DNA of 64,000 nt, from NCBI GenBank assembly GCA_022767075.1, contig JALEPP010000050.1:120-64119 (forward strand). The letters run 5' to 3'. The stretch comes from Agathobacter sp. (lineage in GTDB: Bacteria; Bacillota; Clostridia; Lachnospirales; Lachnospiraceae). Under the pieces are notes generated by a model. That model was not told the origin of the DNA, did no database searches, and saw only the letters and a list, made by a program, of their open reading frames with translations. A program made the position numbers and the translations under genes. Shown in pieces: positions 1 through 10,711 of the stretch (position 1 is the first letter of the stretch; each line of letters starts with the position of its first letter).

Positions 1-242
1 TCCTGGGTATCCGTCTCCTTACCCAGGAGCAGGACCGCCTCATAGGTTTTATCCTTATCTGTCAGCAAATCACAGACCTTGGTGGCTTTTCCCAGACATA
101 CAGGGAGAACTCCCGTAGCATCCGGATCCAAGGTCCCGGTATGTCCTATTTTCTTCTGATGAAAAATACCTCTCATTTTTGCCACAACATCAAAGGAGGT
201 AAAGCCTTTTTCTTTATAGACATTGATAATTCCGTTTACCAT
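1..242 (-). CDS. truB: tRNA pseudouridine(55) synthase TruB, 5' part (runs off the window)
   Basis: Manual translation from ATG at 242: MVNGIINVYKEKGFTSFDVVAKMRGIFHQKKIGHTGTLDPDATGVL; GHTGTLDP motif; follows rbfA-nrnA. Not in the ORF track because truncated. Confidence 0.96.
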   Translation of the reverse strand, partial: MVNGIINVYKEKGFTSFDVVAKMRGIFHQKKIGHTGTLDPDATGVLPVCLGKATKVCDLLTDKDKTYEAVLLLGKETDTQ

Positions 243-255
243 TCCATCACTGCCT

Positions 256-1209
256 CTACATACGTCTTTCTATTTCCTGTACTACTTTCTCAAGGATTTC
301 CTCCGGTGTACCTTCCATTGTAAATCCCGCGGCTTTGGCATGACCTCCACCACCGTACAATGCCGCCAATTCTGCAAGGTTAAAATCAGAAGAGGCTCTT
401 GCGCTTACCTTAAAGGATTCCCCATCTGTCTGATAGAGAAATAGTGCAATCTCCACATCCTTTGTCACCCGAAGCTGATTTACAATGCCATCCAAATGTT
501 TGGGAAGTACATCATATTGCTCCATCATATCCTTTGTTACCACACTGGCAATCACTTTGCCTCCAAGGTAAAGCTTTGCATCAATCAGCGCCTGTCCAAG
601 AATACGATTCTGATTGTAGGTCTTTGTATAAAAGGTTTCATCGATAATCCTAGAGTAATCGATGCCCTTTTCCATCAGCTCCCCTGCAATATTCATGGTT
701 TTTGCAGAGGTACAGCTGTACTGGAACACACCGGTGTCATGTACCATACCGGTATAGAGACATTCTGCAATTGCAAGGTCTATACGTTCCTTTGGCAAAA
801 GCTCATAAACCAGTTCACAGGTAGAGCTTGCCTTTGGAAAAATGTAATTCTTCTCTGCAAACGAAGCGTTGCTTAAATGATGATCGATGCAGAAGGTATG
901 GTCTGCTGCAAGAAACAACTCGGCAGCTGCTCCCAGTCTACTGCTATCGCCACAATCCAAGGCGATAAACAAATCAAAATGCGTCGAACACTCCGTAGCG
1001 TCCTCCAAAGCATCTGCGTTTTGAAGGAACTTGAAAATATTGGGAATTGGCTCTAAGAACACATGAAGCTCTTTGTCCGGAAATCCTTCCTTTAGGAAAT
1101 TGTATACCCCAAGGCAGGAACCAACACAGTCTCCATCCGGACGTACATGTCCCGCAATCCCTATCACCTTTGCTGTTTCAACACTTGTAATGAACTCATT
1201 TCTAGTCAT
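256..1209 (-). CDS. nrnA: DHH-family oligoribonuclease/PAP phosphatase NrnA
   Basis: GHVRPDGDCVGS, IDHH, DTGVF and GGGGHAKAAG motifs; usual position between rbfA and truB. Confidence 0.9.
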   Translation of the reverse strand: MTRNEFITSVETAKVIGIAGHVRPDGDCVGSCLGVYNFLKEGFPDKELHVFLEPIPNIFKFLQNADALEDATECSTHFDLFIALDCGDSSRLGAAAELFLAADHTFCIDHHLSNASFAEKNYIFPKASSTCELVYELLPKERIDLAIAECLYTGMVHDTGVFQYSCTSAKTMNIAGELMEKGIDYSRIIDETFYTKTYNQNRILGQALIDAKLYLGGKVIASVVTKDMMEQYDVLPKHLDGIVNQLRVTKDVEIALFLYQTDGESFKVSARASSDFNLAELAALYGGGGHAKAAGFTMEGTPEEILEKVVQEIERRM

Positions 1210-1316
1210 AAAGCCAATTCCTAACTTTCTGTTTCTTAAAACTTTTTACAACATTTTCTGCAACAATTTTTCTTGCGATATTTTTTCTTGCAAGCAGTTG
1301 TTCTATCTTTGCTCGC

Positions 1317-1676
1317 TTACACTTCCGGCTTTGTCACATCATCAATCATTTTGGACATCTTTACTCCATATTCGATGGACTGGTCCAAAATAAAGGTGAT
1401 TTCCGGTGTGTTGCGAAGATTGATGGATTTTGCCAGCTTCACGCGGATAAATCCCTCTGCACTTCTAAGCCCTGCAAGAGTGTCCTTCTGGGCTTTTTCG
1501 TCGCCCAGGACACTGATATATGCTTTGGCAGTTTTTAAATCCGGAGCCACCTCCACTGCCACAACACTTGTCATTGGATGGATACGCGGATCCTTGATTT
1601 CTCCTCTGATAATGTTGCTAAGCTCACGATGAACTTCTTCATTTACACGAATATTTTTGATACTGTTTTTTCTCAT
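1317..1676 (-). CDS. rbfA: Ribosome-binding factor A
   Basis: IKDPRI, VEVAPDLKTAKAYISV, LRNTPEITFILDQSIEYG; TAATG overlap with infB stop. Confidence 0.97.
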   Translation of the reverse strand: MRKNSIKNIRVNEEVHRELSNIIRGEIKDPRIHPMTSVVAVEVAPDLKTAKAYISVLGDEKAQKDTLAGLRSAEGFIRVKLAKSINLRNTPEITFILDQSIEYGVKMSKMIDDVTKPEV

Positions 1677-4519
1677 TATCTAGGTACCTCAACCATCTTG
1701 TAAGCCTCTACGATGTCAAGCTCTTCAATGTCGCCAAATCCCTCAAATACAAGACCACATTCGTAGCCGGCTTTTACTTCTTTCACATCATCCTTGAAAC
1801 GTTTTAGAGAAGCTAAAGGTCCTTCAAACAGTAATTCTCCGGCACGGGTAATACGTACACTGCATCCACGCTCGAATTTACCATCTAAGATGTAAGAACC
1901 TGCGATATTACCAACACCGGAAGCCTTAAATATCTGGCGGATTTCAGCATGACCGATAACCTGTTCTTCAAATACAGGATCTAACATACCCTTCATGGCA
2001 GCTTCCACATCTTCAATTGCATTGTAAATAACGCGATACAGACGTACATCGACGCCTTCTCTTTCTGCAGTAACCTTAGCTACCGGGTCCGGACGAACGT
2101 TAAATCCAATGATGATCGCATTAGAAGCAGATGCAAGGATGACATCGGAATCGTTAATTGCGCCTACACCACCATGGATAACCTTGACCATAACCTCTTC
2201 GTTAGACAGCTTCTCCAAAGACTGTTTTACGGCCTCTACAGAACCCTGTACATCGGCCTTTACAATAATATCCAACTCTTTCATATTTCCGGACTGAATC
2301 TGAGAGAACAAATCGTCCAGAGACATCTTTGCCTTTGTCTCCTCGATCAGCTTATTCTTGCCCTCGGAAATGTAGGTGTCTGCAAAGGCCTTTGCCTCCT
2401 TGTCAGACTCTGTACATACGAAGGTCTCTCCGGCTTCCGGAACACTGTTTAAACCAAGAATCTCTACCGGAGTAGATGGACCTGCTTCCTTCACTCTTCG
2501 TCCCTTATCATCCACCATGGCACGTACTTTACCATAGCAGCTTCCACATGCAATCGGGTCTCCTACGTGGAGGGTTCCCTTTTGTACAAGTACCGTAGCT
2601 ACCGATCCACGGCCCTTATCAAGCTGTGCCTCAATAACAAGACCACGAGCCTTACGGTTAGGGTTGGCTTTTAACTCAAGAACCTCTGCTGTCAGAAGGA
2701 TCATCTCAAGAAGGTTCTCAATTCCCTCTCCTGTGTGAGCAGATACCGGACAAAATACCGTGCTTCCGCCCCAATCCTCCGGAATTAACTCATACTCAGA
2801 AAGCTCCTGTTTTACCTTATCAATATTGGCACTTGGTTTATCGATCTTGTTGATTGCAACAATGATTTCTACCTCTGCGGCTCTGGCATGGTTAATAGCC
2901 TCAACGGTCTGCGGCATAACACCATCATCCGCTGCAACTACAAGGATTGCAATATCGGTGGATTTTGCACCACGCATACGCATTGCGGTAAATGCCTCAT
3001 GTCCAGGCGTATCAAGGAAGGTAATATTTTGATCATTGATTGATACTACTGATGCACCAATGTGCTGAGTAATACCGCCTGCCTCACGATCTGTAACTCT
3101 GGTAGAGCGAATGGCATCCAAAAGCGAAGTCTTACCGTGGTCAACGTGTCCCATAACACAGACAACCGGTGCTCTGGTAATCATCTCTTCGGTATTCTCC
3201 TCTTCCTCCTTCAGAAGCTCTGCAATTACGTCGACCTTCTCCTCTGCCTCACAGATGAAGTTGAACTCCAAAGCGATTTCTTCTGCGGTCTCAAAATCAA
3301 CCTCATGGTTAACCGTAACCATCTGTCCCTTCATGAACAGCTTCTTAACGATGGCAGAAGGCTGTACCTTCATCTTATCTGCCAGATCACGGATTACAAT
3401 CTTCTCAGGGATTGTAATCGTCTTAATCTCATTTGGATCTTCCTTCGGTTGCTGTGGCTGCTGTGGTTTCTTCTTGCCACCATGCTTCTCTAAATTGATG
3501 AAATTCTCCTGGCGCTTTCCACCAAGCTTATCGTGATCCTGACGACGATTTCCATTGTTGCCGCGGTTATTTCCTCTTTCACGACTCTCTTTTCCTCTTA
3601 CGTCATCTGCAGAAACCACAGCCTCGCTCTGGAATCTGTTATTGGAACGATCATTTCTGTTTCCACGGAACTGGTTATTTCTATCTCCGTTGTTTCTATC
3701 CCCGCGATTATTATTTCTATCGCTGTTTCTATCATTGCTGCGATCCCCACGGAAATTGTTGCGTTCTCCACGATTTCCGCGATCGTTGTTGCGCTCTCCT
3801 CGTTCAGAAGGCTTACGTTCCTCATTTCCGGCGTTTGCAAAGATATTACGCTCTACAACCGGGCGTCTGATCTGCTGCTGTGGACGATTTGCGGTCTTGT
3901 CCTGACGTTCCGGTGCTTCTGCCTGAACCGGCTGCTTTGGTGCCTTGTTCTCAGTCATTGGCTCCTGAGCTACATTCTGAGTTCTCTCGCTAATTGGGCG
4001 CATTGCACGCTCTCCAACGGGACGTGGACGGATTATGCTGTGCTGTTCCTGACGAGGAGCACCATTTTCGCGACGATTTCCATTGCCTCCGCGATCATTA
4101 CCCTTTTCATTTCGGCGATCACGGTCCGGCTTTTGCTGTCCGTTTCCCGGTCTTCTTCCCTGTTTGCTGTACTGGGCATTGAAAACTGCTGTGATACTTG
4201 ATTTTTTCTTAGGGCGATCTCCCTCAGCAGGCTTCTCAGCCGGTTTTCCAGCAGGCTTTTCTGAAGATTTGTCAGCTGGTTTCTCTGCCGGTTTGTCTAC
4301 CGGTTTGTCTGCAGATTTTTCAGCTGGTTTCTCCACCGGTTTGTCTGCCGGTTTTGCAGAAGCCTTTCCCTTGCTCTGTTTTACCATTGCAATGGCTTCC
4401 TCCTCCAAACCACTGTTTGCACTTTTTACCTCAAATTGCGTTCCCTTTAATACATCAATTACATCCTGGGACTTTATCTCTAATTCTTTTGCTAATTCAT
4501 GAACTCTCATTTTTGCCAT
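1676..4519 (-). CDS. infB: Translation initiation factor IF-2
   Basis: [11 protein letters not shown]-terminus, [20 protein letters not shown] GTPase motifs; GGAGG RBS. Confidence 0.99.
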   Translation of the reverse strand: MAKMRVHELAKELEIKSQDVIDVLKGTQFEVKSANSGLEEEAIAMVKQSKGKASAKPADKPVEKPAEKSADKPVDKPAEKPADKSSEKPAGKPAEKPAEGDRPKKKSSITAVFNAQYSKQGRRPGNGQQKPDRDRRNEKGNDRGGNGNRRENGAPRQEQHSIIRPRPVGERAMRPISERTQNVAQEPMTENKAPKQPVQAEAPERQDKTANRPQQQIRRPVVERNIFANAGNEERKPSERGERNNDRGNRGERNNFRGDRSNDRNSDRNNNRGDRNNGDRNNQFRGNRNDRSNNRFQSEAVVSADDVRGKESRERGNNRGNNGNRRQDHDKLGGKRQENFINLEKHGGKKKPQQPQQPKEDPNEIKTITIPEKIVIRDLADKMKVQPSAIVKKLFMKGQMVTVNHEVDFETAEEIALEFNFICEAEEKVDVIAELLKEEEENTEEMITRAPVVCVMGHVDHGKTSLLDAIRSTRVTDREAGGITQHIGASVVSINDQNITFLDTPGHEAFTAMRMRGAKSTDIAILVVAADDGVMPQTVEAINHARAAEVEIIVAINKIDKPSANIDKVKQELSEYELIPEDWGGSTVFCPVSAHTGEGIENLLEMILLTAEVLELKANPNRKARGLVIEAQLDKGRGSVATVLVQKGTLHVGDPIACGSCYGKVRAMVDDKGRRVKEAGPSTPVEILGLNSVPEAGETFVCTESDKEAKAFADTYISEGKNKLIEETKAKMSLDDLFSQIQSGNMKELDIIVKADVQGSVEAVKQSLEKLSNEEVMVKVIHGGVGAINDSDVILASASNAIIIGFNVRPDPVAKVTAEREGVDVRLYRVIYNAIEDVEAAMKGMLDPVFEEQVIGHAEIRQIFKASGVGNIAGSYILDGKFERGCSVRITRAGELLFEGPLASLKRFKDDVKEVKAGYECGLVFEGFGDIEELDIVEAYKMVEVPR
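4223..4354 (-). repeat. Degenerate 12-bp coding tandem repeat (about 11 x KP[AV][DE]) in the IF-2 N-terminal linker
   Basis: [44 protein letters not shown]. Confidence 0.85.
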
Positions 4520-4536
4520 CTATAGTTTTACCTCCA

Positions 4537-4860
4537 TTATTCAGTTTTACTCTGGATTAGATGTTTTTCTACTGCCTTTGCAAGATTCTCATCGGTTATC
4601 GCTAGGGAAGCACGAAATTGCTTGCCAATAAAATGTCCAAGCTCTTCTTTGGTTCCAAACTGGTACAACGGAACTCCATAAAAATCTGTCATATTGGTAA
4701 ACATTTTCTTGGTATTGTCAGAGGCTTCCTCTGACACAATCACAAGATATGCCAACCCTGTTTTTACCGCTTTTTCCGTAGCAAACTCACCACTGGCTAC
4801 ATGCCCTGCTTTCGCAGCAATACTCAACATGGAAAATACTTTGTTATTTTGCAATGACAT
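4537..4860 (-). CDS. ylxQ: L7Ae/L30e-family RNA-binding protein YlxQ
   Basis: AAKAGHVASGE, LVIVSEEASDNTKK, TKEELGHFIGK; position in nusA operon. Confidence 0.9.
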   Translation of the reverse strand: MSLQNNKVFSMLSIAAKAGHVASGEFATEKAVKTGLAYLVIVSEEASDNTKKMFTNMTDFYGVPLYQFGTKEELGHFIGKQFRASLAITDENLAKAVEKHLIQSKTE

Positions 4861-5116
4861 TCATCTCCTGTTCCAATTTCTCGTAGACTTCCACCGGTAT
4901 CCCGGTCTTAAGAGATCTCTCTAATCCTTTATTCTTGCGAGCTTTTTCCAAGCACTCAGGCTTCAGGCAAACGTAGGCTCCGCGACCATTTTTTCTGCCT
5001 GTGGTATCAAGCACCACTTCCTCCTCCGGAGTAAGAAGTACTCTGCAAAGCTCATTCTTTGGTTTCATCTCAGAACAACCAACGCATTTGCGCATCGGAA
5101 TCTTCTTATTTGCCAT
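4844..5116 (-). CDS. ylxR: YlxR/RnpM nucleic-acid-binding protein (DUF448)
   Basis: PMRKCVGC, GRKNGRGAYVC, LERSLK. Confidence 0.93.
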   Translation of the reverse strand: MANKKIPMRKCVGCSEMKPKNELCRVLLTPEEEVVLDTTGRKNGRGAYVCLKPECLEKARKNKGLERSLKTGIPVEVYEKLEQEMNVIAK

Positions 5117-6277
5117 TTATTCTTCCTCGCTGTGACCTTCTTCGTAAGACTCATCCGCTTCATCGTATTCGTCGTACTCGTCATACTCATCGTACTCTTC
5201 GTCCTCGTAGTCATTCTCGTAATCGAAGAAATCACCGGCTTCTCTAGCCTGAGTTTCGCTCTTAATATCAATCTTGAATCCGGTAAGACGGGCTGCAAGG
5301 CGAGCATTCTGTCCTTCTTTACCGATTGCAAGGGAAAGCTGATAATCAGGAACTACAACCTTTGCTGATTTCTCATCTGCATCTGCGATAACAGAGATAA
5401 CCTTTGCAGGGCTTAACGCGTTCTGGATTAAGATAGCAGGATTCTCATCCCAGGTGATAATATCAATCTTCTCACCTCTTAATTCATCCACAATGGCATT
5501 TACTCTGGCGCCGTTCATACCTACACATGCACCTACCGGATCTACATCCGGATCATTTGACCATACTGCAATCTTAGTACGGCTGCCGGCCTCACGTGAA
5601 ATCGCCTTGATTTCAACGATTCCATCCTTTACTTCAGTAACCTCTGACTCAAAGAGACGTTTTACCAGCTCCGGATGTGTTCTGGAAACTAAAATCTTTG
5701 GTCCCTTTGGAGTGTTCTTAACTTCTACAATGTAAACCTTAATTCGCTCTGTCGGCTCAAAGGTTTCACCCTTAATCTGCTCACTCTCTGTAAGAAGGGC
5801 ATCTGCTTTTCCAAGGTTGATGCTAATGTTCTTTCCTACGTAGCGCTGAACCACACCGGTAACGATATCCTTTTCCTTGCTGTAGTACTCATCAAATACT
5901 ACCTTGCGCTCTTCCTCACGGATTTTCTGTAAGATGACGTTCTTGGCATTCTGGGTTGCGATACGTCCAAATTCTTTTGATTTTACTTCCACACGTACCA
6001 CATCACCTACGGCATAGGCACCATCCATCTGATGTGCGGCCTCCAGAGAAATCTGCTCTACAGGATCTTCCACAACATCCACAACGGTTTTCTCCTGGTA
6101 GCACTGGAACTGGCAGGTCTCAGGATCAATGATTACTTTTACATTCTCTGCTTTTCCAAAATGGTTTTTGCAGGCAGTCTCTAAAGAAACCTTGATAGCC
6201 TCCAATAAGGTATCCTTGCTGATATTTTTCTCCTGCTCTAATATATTTAACGCGTCAAACAATTCATTACTACTCAT
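5117..6277 (-). CDS. nusA: Transcription termination factor NusA, with acidic (DEY)n C-terminal tail
   Basis: FGRIATQNAKNVI, SREAGSRTKIAV, GACVGMNGARV, AIGKEGQNARLAARLTG. Confidence 0.99.
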   Translation of the reverse strand: MSSNELFDALNILEQEKNISKDTLLEAIKVSLETACKNHFGKAENVKVIIDPETCQFQCYQEKTVVDVVEDPVEQISLEAAHQMDGAYAVGDVVRVEVKSKEFGRIATQNAKNVILQKIREEERKVVFDEYYSKEKDIVTGVVQRYVGKNISINLGKADALLTESEQIKGETFEPTERIKVYIVEVKNTPKGPKILVSRTHPELVKRLFESEVTEVKDGIVEIKAISREAGSRTKIAVWSNDPDVDPVGACVGMNGARVNAIVDELRGEKIDIITWDENPAILIQNALSPAKVISVIADADEKSAKVVVPDYQLSLAIGKEGQNARLAARLTGFKIDIKSETQAREAGDFFDYENDYEDEEYDEYDEYDEYDEADESYEEGHSEEE

Positions 6278-6321
6278 TTTATTTTATCCTCCTATTTTGT
6301 TATCTTACGCTAAAATCTATT

Positions 6322-6786
6322 TTAAAAATCAATTGCCTGGCGAATCAATGCGATATCTGATTTCTCAAATACCATCTCTTCTCCATCTGTCTCTATGGTT
6401 ACCGTATTGGCATCGTATGCCTTTAGGACTCCACAGAAATCCTTGCATCTGTTGATGCTGCGGTAGGTGTGAATCTCCACATCCTTCCCTATGTTTCTTA
6501 CATAGTCTTTTTCCTTCTTCAGGACTCTTCCAAGCCCCGGTGAGCTCACCTCAAAAATATAGGAATCCGAAATAAAATCCTCTGCATCAAGAATCTCATT
6601 CATCTCCCTTGCAACTGCTTCACAGTCGTTGACGGTTATTCCGCCCGGTTTGTCAATGTAGGCTCTTAAATACCATGTACTTCCTTCCTTCACGTATTCC
6701 ACGTCCACAAGTTCGAACTCCATACGCTCCACAATAGGAAGAATCAAAGCCTCTGTTCGTGCTTCATAGTCCTTTGCTTTTGACAC
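6322..6786 (-). CDS. rimP: Ribosome maturation factor RimP (probable GTG start at 6786)
   Basis: ELVDVEYVKEG, IDKPGGITVNDCE, EVSSPGLGR; AAGGAG RBS upstream of GTG. Confidence 0.95.
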   Translation of the reverse strand: MSKAKDYEARTEALILPIVERMEFELVDVEYVKEGSTWYLRAYIDKPGGITVNDCEAVAREMNEILDAEDFISDSYIFEVSSPGLGRVLKKEKDYVRNIGKDVEIHTYRSINRCKDFCGVLKAYDANTVTIETDGEEMVFEKSDIALIRQAIDF

Positions 6787-6842
6787 GCTAGCACTCCTTT
6801 CTCTATTCAATTTTCATATGATAGGTTTGCTGTAAACGCGAA

Positions 6843-6870
6843 TTGAGAGAGGACTTTCGACCTCTCTCAA
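6843..6870 (-). promoter_or_regulatory. rimP-leader hairpin (probable attenuator)
   Basis: TTGAGAGAGG-8nt-CCTCTCTCAA perfect 10-bp stem between promoter and rimP RBS. Confidence 0.65.
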
Positions 6871-6894
6871 CCGGTTAACATTGTTATCGTTTGT

Positions 6895-6923
6895 AGTTTA
6901 GCATTCTTTTCATGTAATTTCAA
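6895..6923 (-). promoter_or_regulatory. SigA-type promoter of the rimP-nusA-infB operon
   Basis: TTGAAA-17bp-TAAACT with extended TG. Confidence 0.7.
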
Positions 6924-6938
6924 GGCTTTCAGACAAAT

Positions 6939-9365
6939 TTAGGGAAATTGTTTTCTGATTTTATCGTAAGTCCACTCCACCACTCTACCAGAATACCTCA
7001 GTATCGGCTCTGCAGTGATTGCAAATACCGCTGTCAGCATGGCAGTGTGAAGAGTGATCTCCTTGATTTCGAAGAACCATCCCAGGAAGAACATACAAAA
7101 CAGCCATCCCAGAATCAATCCCAAAATCATGATTGCATGCCATCTGGTCATTGGCTTTGCAATTTTATAAAGAATCATAAAACCAACAATTGCCACAAGC
7201 ACCGTACAGGAGGTTGACAGGCAATTCATATCTACTTTAAATTCCCTGGCAAAAAGTAACAAGCTGCTTACCACCAGAAAATCGGTGATTCCTGCCGGCA
7301 ACGCCTTCACCAATACATTGGACAAGAAATGCCCTTTGATTTTTTCCTTGTTTGGCTCTAACGCAAGGAAGAAGGATGGAATTCCAATGGTAAATGCTCC
7401 AATCAGGGAAATCTGATTTGGAAGTAGCGGATAGCTGATCATGAAGATGACTGAGAACAGAGCCATCAACATCGAAAAAATGTTCTTTACAATGTAAAGA
7501 GATGCGGTTCGCTCAATATTATTTACCACCCGTCGTCCTTCCATCACCACTCCGGGCATTCTGGCAAAATCTGAATCTAAAAGCACAAGCTTGGAAGCCT
7601 GACAGGCAGCTTCGCAGCCTGATGCCATCGCAACACTGCAGTCTGCATCTCTAAGTGCTAGTACATCATTGACCCCGTCTCCAGTCATAGCCACCGTATA
7701 TTTCTTCTGCTTCAATGCCTGTATCAATTGTCTCTTTTGATTCGGTGTCACTCTGCCAAATACATTGTATTTTTCAACTGCCTCTAAATAGTCTCCCTTT
7801 GTCTTCAGGGTAGTTGCATCTACATACTGATCCGCCCCTGAGATTCCTGCCTCCAGGGCAATGGAAGCTACGCAAGCCGGGTTGTCTCCGCTGATTACCT
7901 TAATTTTTACCCCTCTCTCCTCAAAGTAAGAAAAGGTCTCCTTGGCACCTTTACGAATCGAATTGTTCAACACCACAATTCCAAGAGGGTGAATTGGTTC
8001 CTGAAGAGGCAGTCCGTCCAACTCTTCTTCTGTGCTTCCAAACACCAGCACACGGTAGCCTTTTAGGGAGTATCGCTCCATCTGCACGGAATATTTGCCG
8101 TACTCCTGCTGTAGCAGAAATTCCGGAGCACCAATTACATAATTTACACCATCCAACACTGCACCGGAATACTTGCTTTCCGAAGAAAAACCAATCACCC
8201 GGGATGCTTTTCTTTCTTCTTTTTCATGGAAGTGCTTCTTCAAGGCTTCCATAGTGGCGTTGTCCCCAGGTATATCAGCTACGCAGGAAGATAGCAGGTG
8301 AAAAAGCTTTGATGTCTCTGTATCTGATGTCTCTGTATCTGATGTTTCTGTATCCGAGTTTTTAGCCATCTCACCGTTTTCCATTGGTTCAAAGCCATAG
8401 ACCTCCATGGACGGCTCTGTGATGGTTCCTGTCTTATCCACGCAAAGCACATCGACTCTGGCTAAGGTCTCAATGCACTTCATGTCGTGAATCAATACCT
8501 GCTGTCTTGCAAGCCTCATTGCAGATACCGCCATAGCTACACTTGCCAAAAGGAAGAGTCCTTCCGGAATCATACCGATTACTGCAGCTACCATCTGAGT
8601 CACGCTATCATATAGAGATTGTTCATTAATCAGATAGGATTGAACAAAAAGGGTGACTCCAATGGGAATAATGATGAGCCCCACAAACATAATCAGCTTG
8701 TTCAGGGATCGTATCATCTCGGACTGTTCTCCCTCCTTGGTCTGAGTTGCTTCAACGGTAAGCTTGGAGATATAGGATTCTTCTCCAACCGCTGTAAGCT
8801 CCTGGTAGACAGCCCCGGACACCACAAAGCTTCCTGACAACAGTTTGTCTCCGGCATCCTTAAAAATCTCATCCGCTTCCCCGGTTAGGAGAGACTCATT
8901 GACTCTTGCGGTACCTCGTACCACAACTCCATCTGCCGGAATCTGATTCCCGGCTTCCAGGTATACAATATCTCCAAGCACAAGCTCTTCCGACATCACC
9001 TCTTTGATTCCGCCATCTCGTAGCACCTTTACCTTAGAAGCACTTAGAATTTTTAGATTGTCCAAAACCTTTTTGGAATGAACCTCCTGTATAATTCCAA
9101 TGGCTGTGTTACAGATAATGACCATCAAAAAGAGCATCTGTCTCCATGCTCCCACTAACATCAGAAGCACCGCAAACACAAGGAAAATTAAATTAAAATA
9201 AGTACAGACATTACTTCGCACGATGTCACCCACAGATTTTGTGGAAGAGTCAACCTTTCTGTTCACTCTTCCGGCATCTGTCTGACTTCGCACTTCCTCT
9301 GAAGTAAGTCCGTACTCAATTTTTCTTTTTAAGTCTTCACTTTTTAAAGCTTCACGTTGTTCCAT
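6939..9365 (-). CDS. Cation-translocating P-type ATPase (CtpE-like)
   Basis: LTGEAD, IPEGL, DKTGT phosphorylation motif, ISGDN, TGDGVND. Confidence 0.92.
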   Translation of the reverse strand: MEQREALKSEDLKRKIEYGLTSEEVRSQTDAGRVNRKVDSSTKSVGDIVRSNVCTYFNLIFLVFAVLLMLVGAWRQMLFLMVIICNTAIGIIQEVHSKKVLDNLKILSASKVKVLRDGGIKEVMSEELVLGDIVYLEAGNQIPADGVVVRGTARVNESLLTGEADEIFKDAGDKLLSGSFVVSGAVYQELTAVGEESYISKLTVEATQTKEGEQSEMIRSLNKLIMFVGLIIIPIGVTLFVQSYLINEQSLYDSVTQMVAAVIGMIPEGLFLLASVAMAVSAMRLARQQVLIHDMKCIETLARVDVLCVDKTGTITEPSMEVYGFEPMENGEMAKNSDTETSDTETSDTETSKLFHLLSSCVADIPGDNATMEALKKHFHEKEERKASRVIGFSSESKYSGAVLDGVNYVIGAPEFLLQQEYGKYSVQMERYSLKGYRVLVFGSTEEELDGLPLQEPIHPLGIVVLNNSIRKGAKETFSYFEERGVKIKVISGDNPACVASIALEAGISGADQYVDATTLKTKGDYLEAVEKYNVFGRVTPNQKRQLIQALKQKKYTVAMTGDGVNDVLALRDADCSVAMASGCEAACQASKLVLLDSDFARMPGVVMEGRRVVNNIERTASLYIVKNIFSMLMALFSVIFMISYPLLPNQISLIGAFTIGIPSFFLALEPNKEKIKGHFLSNVLVKALPAGITDFLVVSSLLLFAREFKVDMNCLSTSCTVLVAIVGFMILYKIAKPMTRWHAIMILGLILGWLFCMFFLGWFFEIKEITLHTAMLTAVFAITAEPILRYSGRVVEWTYDKIRKQFP
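8310..8354 (-). repeat. 3 x 15-bp coding tandem repeat (DTETS)3 in the P-type ATPase
   Basis: (TGATGTCTCTGTATC)x3 with one mismatch. Confidence 0.9.
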
Positions 9366-9478
9366 TTGCTTTTCCTCAATTTCCTCTTATACAGTATCAT
9401 GAACGTATTGCCATTATACCGCTTCTTTTTTCGGAAAAGTGGATATTCATAGAATTTTAATGAAATCTCATGAAATCT

Positions 9479-10495
9479 TTATGACTCGTATCCGTTTGGA
9501 TTGTTCTTCTGCCATCTCCATGAGTCTGCACACATTTCTTTGATTCCAAACTCAGCCTCCCAGCCAAGCTCTCTCTTGGCCTTTGAAGGATCGCAGTAGC
9601 ATGTTGCAATATCTCCCGGTCTTCTTGGCTTAATGGTATATGGAATCTTGATATCATTTGCCTCTTCGAAATTCTTTACGATGTCAAGCACGGAATAGCC
9701 ATGTCCTGTTCCAAGATTGTATACGCAAAGTCCAGCCTTTTGTTCAATTTTCTTTAAGGCTTTTACATGTCCCTTTGCCAAATCCACTACATGGATGTAA
9801 TCTCTGACACCGGTTCCGTCCGGAGTATCGTAATCATCACCAAATACTCCAAGCTCTGCTAATTTGCCTACCGCAACCTGAGTAATATATGGCATCAGAT
9901 TGTTAGGAATTCCATTTGGGTTCTCTCCCATTGTTCCACTCTTGTGAGCTCCAATTGGATTAAAGTAGCGAAGAAGGATGACATTCCACTCTTCATCAGC
10001 CTTTTGGATATCCATGAGAATCTGCTCCAACATAGATTTGGTCCAGCCATATGGATTGGTACACTGTCCCTTTGGACACTCCTCAGTAATCGGAATCTGA
10101 GCCGGATCTCCATATACCGTTGCAGAGGAAGAGAAAATAATGTTCTTGCAGTTGTTCTGTCTCATAACATCTACAAGTGTTAAGGTACCTGCAATATTAT
10201 TCTCATAATATTCCCATGGTTTTGCAACAGACTCTCCTACCGCCTTCAATCCGGCAAAATGGATACAGCTCTCAATGGTCTCCTTCTCAAAAATCTCATT
10301 TAAAATGGTTCTATCAAGAATATCGCCTTCATAGAAGGTTACTTCCTTTCCGGTTAAGGCTTTCACTCTCTCTAAAGAAACTTTGGAAGAGTTGGACAGA
10401 TTATCCAACACTACAACCTCATAGCCAGCATCTAAAAGCTCCACACAGGTATGACTTCCAATGTATCCTGCTCCACCGGTAACTAAAATTGCCAT
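9479..10495 (-). CDS. galE: UDP-glucose 4-epimerase
   Basis: [35 protein letters not shown]; AAAGGAG RBS before ATG at 10495. Confidence 0.98.
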   Translation of the reverse strand: MAILVTGGAGYIGSHTCVELLDAGYEVVVLDNLSNSSKVSLERVKALTGKEVTFYEGDILDRTILNEIFEKETIESCIHFAGLKAVGESVAKPWEYYENNIAGTLTLVDVMRQNNCKNIIFSSSATVYGDPAQIPITEECPKGQCTNPYGWTKSMLEQILMDIQKADEEWNVILLRYFNPIGAHKSGTMGENPNGIPNNLMPYITQVAVGKLAELGVFGDDYDTPDGTGVRDYIHVVDLAKGHVKALKKIEQKAGLCVYNLGTGHGYSVLDIVKNFEEANDIKIPYTIKPRRPGDIATCYCDPSKAKRELGWEAEFGIKEMCADSWRWQKNNPNGYES

Positions 10496-10711
10496 AGTAT
10501 CGTCTCCTTTGTCATTCATGTTGATATTAATGTTGTTCTGTTAGGATTATTCTATGACAGTTTCCCATATTTTCCTATAACGAAATGTTAGAAAAACATG
10601 TAAAAATGTTGCATAGTTATCATTTAGAACTTATACTAAGTATATACAAGTATTGTCAATCTCACAATAGTAATTCGGAACATTTTTTCTACACTCACAA
10701 AAGGAGTTTCC

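Noticed and set aside
3533-4502. Long plus-strand ORFs opposite infB (also 42453-43118, 51749-52261, 56837-57803, 58268-58906)
   Set aside because: Antisense shadows of well-conserved genes or low-complexity regions; no recognisable motifs.
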